Positions 53,001 through 62,627 of a stretch of 64,000 nucleotides of DNA are shown in pieces (within the stretch, counting starts at the first letter, position 1; each line of letters opens with the position of its first letter). A program made the position numbers and the translations under genes. The stretch is from Botryllus schlosseri (taxonomy: Eukaryota): positions 1 through 64,000 of the forward strand of contig CM119371.1 of assembly GCA_051294905.1 (NCBI GenBank), in the 5' to 3' direction. Below the pieces are notes generated by a model. It had not been told where the DNA came from. It saw nothing but the letters and a program-made list of their open reading frames with translations, and ran no database searches.

Positions 53001-56000
53001 TCCTTCCATGGCTGGAGCCCTACACCAGTAGTTACAGAAGCCAGCTTTTTCAAATTTATGTTTTTCACTGGACTCCTTCCCACGTTTGCCCCGTCAGCAT
53101 TTCCTCTGGAAATATGTCCAATCTGATAAAACACACCTGGATAATTTGCTATGCAATGTGTGTGCACTGTGTGCAGTCGATGGATTCGTCCAATGCTAGG
53201 CGCTATAGTAGTCTATGAGTGGCAACGTACTGTGTTTCAAAACATGCGATTAAGATCGACTGAGATAGCTGTTACTCTTCTGGTGACTGTTGAATCAGAC
53301 AACTGTAGCAGTGTAGCCTCGAAATTTATCAGGTGATGTTGGACTTGCTGCTAAGTTCCGGAAACAGCGAATATTCGCACAGTAGGCCTACGTTAAATTT
53401 TTATTGAATTCACACATTCTCTAGCAGACTCTTCGGTTTATTGATAATCAAATCAATTTTGAACAATGCGTCTGTCACGTCGTCGGCAATTTTAAAAATG
53501 CCTCGAAACATGGATTGCTGGGCTTGAAATCAAGCTAACTGTATAACTCCAGATGAAACTATAGTGCTATCATTTCAAGCTTCTAGGCTTTGTTACAACA
53601 AATGTTCTTCGACAAATGTGACACATCGGTCTTCCATAACAATACTGTACCAGTAGTAATTTCGTTCATATTGAAAGATGTCGCGGGCCGCAAAAGAATC
53701 GTCTGCGGGCCGCATGCGGCCCGCGGGCCGCGGGTTGAGAACCCATGATATAGAACAACATTCAAATGCCTTATAATTTTATTGTAAATGAATTAAGTCT
53801 TAACAATATTCAAATATAACTCTGGGATTCTTTCCTTTTCAATCTTCGATTCGCCCTCAGGTATCAAGCATGGAAACTGACCTTAGGCCCGGTTGATTCA
53901 TTCTCCATAATGATGCATAATAGTCCATTTCTGACTTATAATATTAGCCACTACAATTCGTACCGAAGTCTGATAAAGAGGAGAATAGACGAAATCTAAC
54001 ATCAAGAGTTACACTGCTGCTCCCTAGTCAAAGAGATTTTCAGACGTCGTGTACTGAGATGTACCGGTATCTGACATATACATCAGTGAAACCATGACAT
54101 ACCACGATTATATGTACCTGCTAACCCAGTTTCTAACCAATGTACACTGTACAGGTTAAAATGAATCAGACAAGGTATATATCTAATAAATCCACCTGTA
54201 GACATACAATGACTGAGAGTTTCGCGGTATCGGTACTGCCGTGAGTGCCGGGGCTGTTTGGCCTTTGGTAATTACCAAGTACCGGTACTGCTTACAGTAG
54301 AATGCTCTCTTGCAGTCAAGCTTTTAGTTTTAAAAGTTTTAAAATGACCTCGAATCAGTCTAAATTCAATGAGGAAACAATTATAGATGCCAAAACACGC
54401 AATACCCGGACAAACTATTGCGGTGACATAGAGCTAACGATCAGTAACTGCTGACCAGTCGCTCGCAACTCGCGACAAAGTTGAAAATTTTCAACTTTGT
54501 CGCGGAGTTGCGCAACCCTGTCGCAGACGGCATGTTGCGAGTTGCCAGCGACTCCGGTCTGCATGGTCCAGTCGCAGACAGGCGCGATTCTCTCGTTTTA
54601 TCGGGTCGCGAGCTCAGTGTGCAGAGGCCTTAATACTGTACACCGCTTGATCGTGTCATAAGCAAATATTTCTCCTATTCATTTAGCCGTCGGCAATAGA
54701 CCGATGGTTCCGTTTGGTGTTGGAAAGTATGCAGTTAACAAACATGTGTTCGGCTAGTCATTTGTCTTTTAGTGATTTTTGAAGAAACCGCCGCGATAGC
54801 TCAAACTCCTTGAATCGGTACTTCCTACCTGACGTTGATAAATACCGCAATGCACATGAATGGAGCCAGCCAGGGTCGAAACAGCTTCCATGCTGAAATC
54901 GAAACCCTTTTGTTTTAAAATGCCGATTTTATGTCCAATATTTCTACATACATTTGCAATTTAGTATTTTGGTATTAGTGATGCAAATTAGCGACAATAG
55001 ACTGTGTATAGCGGCATACGATCTGAGGTTACTGACATCTCTTGCAGCCCATGTGCTACTATCGACTGTGTTGTGTATAGTGTGGCGCAGCCCTGATACG
55101 CAGTAGGCTGGTGCGCCTGCTATCATCGCTGATCTGAATTACCGCTTCTGCAGCAGTAGCTTTCCTACTCTCTCCCCAATGCTGTTACATTTAGGTTGAT
55201 TATCGTTCGTAATGCCATGCTGTTTTTGGGCTGACACGAAATCAATTCCAATTTGCGTGGCGGGCGGCCTAACTGGCTGCGCATAGACTCTGTGAACAAA
55301 TACTATTTTATTCATATCCAACTTTTTTGACGGCAATAACTCCGCTTCTACTGGTTGGAATTGAACCAAATTTGAAGAACATCGTTTTTATAGACAACCT
55401 AATACTTTCATGGGGTGAACAGAAAAATTTAAAGTTTTTAGTTATTTATTTTTATATAATAAATAGAAACTTTCTTCTCCCGTAGCAATGCGGATACCGG
55501 TTGGAATTGAACTAAATTTGGAGTGTAGGCTTAAGTTAGTTAACCTAACAATTTTATCAAGTAGCCAGTACGATTTGAGAAAAAAAGTCATTTTTGAAGA
55601 CCCCTAATGAACAGGGGTGTACGAGTTTTGAGCAAACGTTAAAAGGGTGTACCACGTCGAAAAAGGTTGAAGAGCACTGTAATCTAGTTGACCAATTCGC
55701 ATTAGTCACTTTGTTGCATTCTGTTATTTCTTGACCTCTCGTAAGGATTGTCGGTAAGATATTGGAATCGCCAAAACGCACCAGAAACAAACTTTTAACT
55801 GAGGAGCACGCGATTCAAAGTTGATATTTCTATATAGTATGCATCATTTTCCTCTGCTGTTCGCATATGTATTTTGGGGCTCCGATTGTAAAGGGCGCCA
55901 TTATATGAAGATGGAAAAACGAAGTCGCTTTGAATCGCGGCTAGCGCGAAGAAAATTTCCAGATCAATTAAAATCTCTCAATAATGAGGGAGTCAATTCG

Positions 56001-59000
56001 TAAATTCAATTTGCATGTCGACGGCCGCCAACACATACTAATTCAATTGCGTGTTGACGGCCGCAGAAATTTGCTTTCATACGGCTTCCCCTGATTTACA
56101 ACAACTCTACTATGTACGCCTACGCTTTACATATAATATATATTCATTAGTGATTTTCATAACATTCAAGTGCTCACTAGCGATGGTGGCGAAGTTGACC
56201 TGACTTATATCAAGGCACCCTGCATGCTTATCAATTAGGTGAAGCGCGTAAAATGCTCTGCCCGCTGCTTTGATGAACGGCTCAATGCCGTCTGTCTGCC
56301 GTAACTCTGACACCTCATTAGATTTATACAGTATGTCGTGGCGCGATGCACACATAGGCTTGCATAAAAACAAAGGGTGTTTTATCAAACTTTGTTCAAA
56401 ACATGTTTTAAACAGGGTTTCGAACAAAGGACTTAAAATGAAAAAAATTGTGTTTATTAGGTTGTAATATTATGCAATAATTGTGTAAATACTTTCCAAA
56501 AACATGTGGTCGTGTTCAGGGCTTTGGAGCAGCCGTAAATTTAAACTGCTCCAGCTCCGGCTCCGGAGCTTTCTTCTATCATACATTACCTCCGGCTCCA
56601 GCTCCGGAGTCGCATTATTACCACTTCTCCGGCTCCAGCTCCGGCTCCGGCTCTGAAATTATCGAATGGGCCTATATATATCAGGGGTGGCCAACCCGTG
56701 GGCCGAATGTGGCCCGCGAGGTAATTTCCTATTATATTATCGAAAATGAATTGCTCAGATTGTGAACTTGCAATGTCAACCAAAAATTACAAGTCTGGCT
56801 GCGACACTTGGGATGTTGATGACGAAAATATCAGTTCTGACGCATTGGCAGATCCAGCGTACAGTCACTTTTCCAGTAAATCGTCGTACATTACAATAAA
56901 CTAAAATGGTAGTGAAATTTTTCTTCACGCTTCGCGTGTTTAATTGTCACACGACTTCTTGCTTGGTAGACTAACCCCTATTGAAAATGAAAATAAACGC
57001 CTAATTTATCCGATTGAGTCTAACTGCATTCGCAATTACGGGAGAAAGTCTTTTCGTGTTTGCGCTCGCATGAAGATCGTCGACGGTGAAATGTAGGCAC
57101 AAAATGATTGTTGCATATTATCGGAGACCTTCGATATCGAAGTGGCCAGACGGCGAAAAGTCGTGTCCTTGCAAACTGAGACTAGCCGGCGGTATACAGT
57201 AGACCCGCAATATACTCAAGTAATAATATTATTGACCTAGTTTATTTATTAACTTTGAAAATTTTACCCGCTTGGCGCGGCTACTGGACCGCGCGCTCAT
57301 TCGTCAATTTCATGTGCCCCTTTAGCCAAAAAGGTTGGCCATTCGTGGTCGATATAGATTATATTAATCTATTCATATGTTAGTTATCTTATAGTAATCT
57401 AGAGTCTGACAGCCGTCAGTAACACCCGATGTCGCAACGAAGACTGAGGTGCCGCCGTGCCGGCTTGTGACCTCATAATGAATACTTGTCAATTGTTGAT
57501 AACATTAATGTTGCAATAGAACGCACTTTACTCTATGCCATTGCTGTGCACAGCATTAAAATTCAGGCCTGCTGTTCAATAATGATAAATCAGCAGATGT
57601 GGTTGTTGCATTAATAATAGCATCTTATGAAATACGTCGGAGCCGGAGCTACTCCTCAAATAACGGGCTCCAGCTCCGGCTCCGGCTGAATTTTATGTGG
57701 AGCTCCGGCTCCGGTTCCGGCTCCAGTGAAAATGCATAGCTCCGGGGCTCCGGCTCCGGCTCCAAAGCCCTGGTTGTGTTGCATGAGCCTACGGACAATT
57801 ATCACTCGATATAGCCGACGTATATCGATATGGGATTGTTGGAACCCTGAAAATAGTCGGTTCAACAGAAATAGTACATATATTTCGTCGAAGGAGCTAT
57901 ATTTACCCCATGTTTTCAATTGTAAATGTCAATCCACTGTGACGTCACAAATGATACTCTTGACGTTATGACTTGAAAAAAATAAAAAAATAAAAACATG
58001 TTTTAAATAAGGGCCTTGTTTTAAGTAAGTTTGCTTTAAATAGATTTTTGTTTTAAATGCAATCCTATCCACACAACTTGAGGTCAAAACAAATTGAATC
58101 AGCACAGATAGTTCATGGTAAAGCTGCGCAGATCGTTGGTTTTAAATCGCCGTTATAACACTTTTATGTCATTTAATGAGAACAGCAAAGTGTCAAAAAT
58201 CAAGACCATATCTCAGGGTAAACTCATAGTACCTCGATAAAGCTAGAGGTTACCGACCACTGATGTCGGGTTAATATCGTTCGCTAAAAAGCGAGTCGAC
58301 ACGTGCTGATTAATTTGGCGAATCAATTACCGCCATCGGCTGGGCGCTTCTCTTCCATATCTAATAGTCTTAAGGTTGCAGCTTATTGAAATTGAAGTTG
58401 CATGTACTTGTACGTTTGTACATGCTATGTATTAAACTCTCTGTTTAATAAACGCTGTAATATAACGCTGTTATAATTAAGCCTGGAATAGACGATCCGT
58501 ACGGAGCGCATGCGTTTAGTGGGATTGGTGAGATAGTGAGATTGCGTCATCGTAAGGGTAGTAAACAACATGCGCTCAGCCGTGACTTTCACGTTCGATG
58601 ATCATCACCTGCACAGTACACAGTTGGGATTGTAGGGAATATTCACAAATGTTTATTGAGCCTGACATTATTGTCGCTTTGGTGTTTGAGATTGAGGGTA
58701 TATTGGTTTAGATTTAGAAGTATGCCCCGTTTCAAAAAAGTTTAAATGTAGGTTAAAATCTCAAGCCTTAGGAAGAACAATGCTAAACTTTTAGGTGTTC
58801 TGGCTGACTTTATGTCTTCCCCCGTTGGATTCTGAATGTTGATGTGTACAATGCCGAGCATGGAAAGACTCGTCATACTTTACATATCTTCAAGTCCATA
58901 TCACAGAATAATATCACGCCAAATTGTGTTCATGGCTACCTTGTTATAGTAGTCTGGATTGGTGTGATTGTACAGCTCTATACACAGCGGCAATTAGATT

Positions 59001-62000
59001 CTCGTCTTCTATATTATTCATTTTGTTTTGCAACTGAAATTAGCATAAAATCGCATGATTAATCACTGCAACTTCAGAAAGTGCGATGTCCGATCACTAC
59101 AGACCTGCCAACGCAGCTGAGCGGATGGAAAATACGCATGAAAGCGAACGCGTGCGGGTTCTCACACTTTTGCTCTTTCTGCTCCTCATTTTTTCCTCGT
59201 CCCTCTTCTCTCTCGCACGCATCCGTTTGAGAAGAGAAATAAGGAGAGAAAGAGACGGACGCGTTTACGCATCGTCTATTCCAGGCTTTACACATTGGTT
59301 GCATGGATGGTGGGTGATATAAACTTGTTATTGTTTCAGCTGGTAAAAAGGGCCATTACATGTTGTTAGAAAGCTCGTCACGCAGTGTTGGCGCCTCAGC
59401 CATGATGGCTACTCCAGAACTGCCTCAAAGTACAGGATCATGCCTCAGGTAAGAAATGACATGTGTTTTATTCATGCAAATTCCACTCATTATTCAATGA
59501 ATTGTGTCCGTATTGTCGGCAGCGTGACTACACCTCGTAATCATAATGAGGGTTTCAATTAATCTCATCCGGTCAGAACACGCAATGTGCAATGAACTCA
59601 CACCTTTATATAGTGGATTTGACGACGATGCAATGATTGTTCGATTGGTTACAGGCATAAATAGAGCACGGCCTATGGATCATAGATAATATCGAAGTTT
59701 TAGAAATGCCCCGTAAGCTTGATAATATATAATTTGATTACCAGCTGCATATATAGGGGTTTTCGGTGAGAGGGATAGGTATCGGATTTATCCGTATCGG
59801 CTCAAAATTGCAATATCAGAGTCATAAACCACCAAGAGAGTGGTTCCAACCTACGAGTCAATACGATATAAGCTGCATATTTCTCCACTTATTTGTATTA
59901 GTCGCGATGCGGCTTTGGTTTGGGTGTGTATTGTGAGGATTACGAATAGGGCATAGATATATGCCGTAGGCTACAAATGTAACTAGAAATGCAAACTCCT
60001 CAAATTTTGTATCGAATTTTATTCCTTATTTAGATATAATCATTGGGATTTTGAGTCATGATAAAGGCTATTGAATAACCGCCTTGAATCACAAGAACTT
60101 GTTGGTTGGAGAAATGTGTTTAGCGCAAGTAACGTACTTTGAAAGTGCGCATCTGATGGATAGAATTATAGATAACTAACCTACGGATAGATACGCAACA
60201 CCCGTCGTCACGCTTGCTTGCCCGGAGGAAATTACCTCTCAGCAATCTGAGCGCAGCATAATTGCTAATCCCATAGCTGACGACCTGAGCGCTTAAATTA
60301 AATGAAGTTGATCTTATTTGAAAGCTACTGTCGCGTTGATTCTGAAAATATACATTAAAATTTCATTAATGGAATGGAACCAGCTCGAGATAGCCTTCCA
60401 AGTCTGACAACCAGCATTGTTGCTAACAATGGCAGCGATGTAGCACAATGACCATAACAATGGCCCTCGCATGGTTGAGATTGTTTACAACAATTCAGAT
60501 TTTCAGACGTTGAGGTGTATTTTGCCTGGGTTCCGCTACCCTGATCAGATTGTAATGTATATTTTCGGAATCAGTACGACAGTAGCTTTCAAATAAGATC
60601 AACTTCATTAATTTAAGCGCTCAGGTCGTCAGCTATGGAATTAGCAATTATGATGCGTTCAGATTGCTGAGCAGTAACTTCCTCCGGGCAAGCAAGCGTG
60701 ACGACGGGTGTTGCGTATCTATCCGTAGGTTAGTTATCTATAATAGAATAGATTAAATGGGTTTATGAGGCAGAGACCCCATTGGTCCAAATTCATATAG
60801 TAGTACAACAGCAGAGGATATTTAGGATTTTTTTTGATCACTATGTAACTTGCAATTAATGTACTTTGAAAGTGCGCATCTGGTGGAGAAAATCGATTAA
60901 ATGGGTTTATGAGGCAGAGACCTCATTGGTCCAAATTCATATATTAGTACAACAGCAGCGGATATTTAGGTTTATTTTTTGATCACTATGTAACCTACGT
61001 ATAACGGTTGAGCATAGGCCTTTCGAATCAGCGAATGAATAGGCTACCTTTTGATCCTTATTTCTGTAAAACTATGAAATGAGTGTGCACTTCTTTCCCT
61101 TATCAGAATTTAGCATCAATATCAGAACCCGGCGGCGAATTGAGAAAAAACGTAACATTGCCCTCTAACGGTTAAAATTATGAATATACAGTCAAATACA
61201 GATGTTCCACATTTGCGATGTTGATGAGCCAATTTCGTCATCCATTTACGTGTACTGGATAGTACAATCCATTTTTCATTTACACAGCATTTCCTCGCGG
61301 AACGGTTGAAATCGTCCAGCGGTCTGCATCCGGCCTGTAGGCCTCATGTTTGACATACCGGAACTACATTATTTGACCTTTGGTTTTCTGTTTCGCACAA
61401 TTGAAGAAGCCAAGCCTAGATTAGGACCGAATGTAGTAGTAATATTGGTTTACAAATGCACCCAGTAAAAAGTTACGCGTTCTGTAAAAGTACCTATGCT
61501 CATACTTACAGTCAACACATACTTATAAGTTCTGTGCGCAGTCTGATCAAGTATTATGTATATTCTGGCACTCTTTCTACTCTTACAGATTTTGGTATCA
61601 CATGCGTGGGCGGCATTTGGGGAACTTGAATGTGTATGTGTCGTCAGCATTACTGGGAACTAGAATAGTATGGACTAAGTCAGGCCACCAGAACGATACG
61701 TGGCATGAAGGCTGGACTTCGGTGATAGCAGAAGAGCCTTACAAGGTGAGCAGACATCAGCCATCCAAAATCTCGAGTTTGGCCTGTATGTTGAAATTCA
61801 CCCATTGCAAAAATATCTTACTCTTACCTTGCGTTTCACAGTTCACACTTCTGTTTTTTTTTAATAGGAAAACGTAGTTTAGGGAAATGTTTGCGCCACT
61901 TTCACGAGTGGCGTCATACCATAGGTCGGAATAACCCTGGTAAATGACAAATGATTATTACATTTTGGAAATTCGACCTAGTCGATGTGTCATAAGTCAC

Positions 62001-62627
62001 ATTGCGTTAGTCGCGACAATGTATCTTTCGATTTCGAAACTAACTTTCTACAATTAACTGCCAAAATTTTTGCGACCGATATATCCACTTTTTAAAACGA
62101 AGTATCCAAGTACCTCACAAACATGTTGTGTTTTTGACATTCAGATGTTATCCACAGCAGCATAATAATCCTGTTGGCTTGGTTATTTTTATCCGAATGT
62201 TTCCGTGTTTCTCACTGTGAGACTGTGCCGTTTGCACTAATCTGTTAGTTATACTATGACACCCTAGTGAGGCTGTCTGATTTCACATAATTCATGTCGT
62301 TTCGACACCCTCCTATCTTTTCATTATAACAAAATTCTGTGGTGTATTGACATGATAAAATTGATAATAAACAGTAACGAATTTAACTGCGACAAAATCG
62401 TATGATAGCCTATTCCAATATAACTGATAGTAACACCTATAATTTAATCAGCTATGTTACCTCGTTTCTAATTAATTTTCAGATTTTATTCGAAGGGGTG
62501 GTCGGTCCGGGTTACGAGTCAGACATGGGACTAGATGACATTGTGCTATATCAAGGACTTTGTGTCGAAGATGAGCTGACAGAAAAGGCCTCTCTTGGAA
62601 TGACATTAAAAGTCGACAAAGAATCAG
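40840..62627 (+). CDS. Integrin alpha-like gene, 5' partial, with an inserted MAM domain: join(40840..41003,42538..42698,43892..44038,59340..59448,61589..61745,62483..62627), continuing beyond
   Basis: All junctions are GT-AG, intron phases 2,1,1,2,0,1 are consistent, and there are no stops in 883 nt. Motifs in order: signal peptide, FNL, DFGYSV, VYVGSP, GSVYYC..C, MAM motifs, KASLGMTL. Confidence 0.85.
42538..42698 (+). CDS. Integrin alpha exon 2: rest of FG-GAP repeat 1
   Basis: TGTTTAG acceptor; VYVGSPNSNADEEETGGQRDGSVYYCPIQDKPEKVNGHCRNLNLMNNNDSDGK; donor G/GTGAGT. Confidence 0.9.
43892..44038 (+). CDS. Exon 3: N-terminal part of the MAM domain
   Basis: TTCCCAG acceptor with an upstream CTAAC branch site; SVDFEGY...DDFNWTEHQGETQTHNTGPHFDHTY; donor CAG/GTGAAA. 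Confidence 0.85.
45131..45469 (+). mobile_element. hAT (Tip100-like) MITE
   Basis: TIR TAGGCTTACCATA/TATGGTAAGCCTA; perfect TSD cgtatatg; CGGGAC repeats. Confidence 0.9.
45529..46950 (+). repeat. Second copy of the dispersed repeat at 15175-17130, with ~190-bp tandem units
   Basis: Inverted collinear similarity; this copy lacks the MITE found at 15204-15723. Confidence 0.8.
47271..47758 (+). mobile_element. hAT-type MITE (copy of 15204-15723)
   Basis: TIR TAGTGCTGGGCA/TGCCCGGCCCTA; perfect TSD gtgcgaac. Confidence 0.92.
48040..50621 (+). mobile_element. hAT Buster/Charlie deletion derivative retaining the transposase C-terminus (50101-50295)
   Basis: TIR CAGGGGTCACCAACC; perfect TSD ctctagac; MFGLTYRCESVFSDMTFIKNKHRTRLTDAHLEDSLRV...QCQPSH. 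Confidence 0.92.
48690..50024 (+). mobile_element. hAT MITE nested in 48040-50621
   Basis: TIR CAGTGGTTCTCAACC; perfect TSD ctatagat; CGGACCGG subterminal repeats. Confidence 0.92.
50850..51620 (+). pseudogene. Possible heavily decayed LINE reverse-transcriptase fragment
   Basis: A (Q)GGILS-like motif at ~51505 and an ILNKG motif upstream at roughly RT-like spacing; many frameshifts. Confidence 0.3.
52065..54629. mobile_element. TTAA-flanked TIR element (PIF/Harbinger- or Kolobok-like)
   Basis: TTAA-GGCCTCTGCACACTGA ... TCAGTGTGCAGAGGCC-TTAA; TCGCGA/GTTGCG subterminal motifs. Confidence 0.75.
52528..53747 (-). mobile_element. Second copy of the Buster-type element at 17565-19023
   Basis: Collinear similarity; TIR CAGGGGTTCTCAAC; perfect TSD atatagaa. 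Confidence 0.9.
56517..57772 (+). mobile_element. hAT MITE with (GGCTCC)n subterminal repeats
   Basis: TIR CAGGGCTTTGGAGC/GCTCCAAAGCCCTG; TSD gtcgtgtt/gttgtgtt. Confidence 0.88.
56682..57347 (+). mobile_element. Innermost hAT MITE (family of 27037-27825)
   Basis: CAGGGGTGGCCAACC ... GGTTGGCCATTCGTG; shared internal ATCAGTTCTGACGCATTGGCA. Confidence 0.8.
59340..59448 (+). CDS. Exon 4: MAM domain
   Basis: TGTTTCAG acceptor; GKKGHYMLLESSSRSVGASAMMATPELPQSTGSCL; donor AG/GTAAGA. Confidence 0.88.
60134..60995 (+). repeat. ~130-bp tandem duplication; the first unit is interrupted by the MITE
   Basis: GTACTTTGAAAGTGCGCATCTG at 60134 and 60861; GATTAAATGGGTTTATGAGGCAGAGACC at ~60751 and ~60895. 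Confidence 0.88.
60167..60742. mobile_element. MITE with ~165-bp TIRs and a 7-bp TSD (P-element-like)
   Basis: TATAGATAACTAACCTACGGATAG... and its reverse complement; TSD atagaat at 60160-60166 and 60743-60749. Confidence 0.85.
61589..61745 (+). CDS. Exon 5: MAM domain
   Basis: CTTACAG acceptor; FWYHMRGRHLGNLNVYV...VWTKSGHQNDTWHEG...PYK; donor AG/GTGAGC. Confidence 0.92.
62483..62627 (+). CDS. Exon 6: end of MAM and start of propeller repeat 2
   Basis: TTTTCAG acceptor; ILFEGVVGPGYESDMGLDDIVLYQGLC then VEDELTEKASLGMTLKVDKES; probable donor CAG/GTGAAA. Confidence 0.88.

Larger units (their letters stand above)
51858..55679 (-). mobile_element. hAT element of the 17447-22896 family in opposite orientation, with nested insertions
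   Basis: Ends TAGTGCTCTTCAACC and GGTTGAAGAGCACTG; GGGTGTAC subterminal repeats. The TSD is not clean (tctagt near both flanks, offset by one base). Confidence 0.75.
56355..58067 (+). mobile_element. Outer hAT-like MITE of a triple nest
   Basis: TIR TAGGCTTGCA/TGCAATCCTA; TSD tgcacaca/tccacaca; AAAACA/TGTTTT repeats. Confidence 0.7.

Noticed and set aside
56481..57971. Gly/Ala/Pro-rich ORFs
   Set aside because: They are translations of (GGCTCC)n transposon subterminal repeats.
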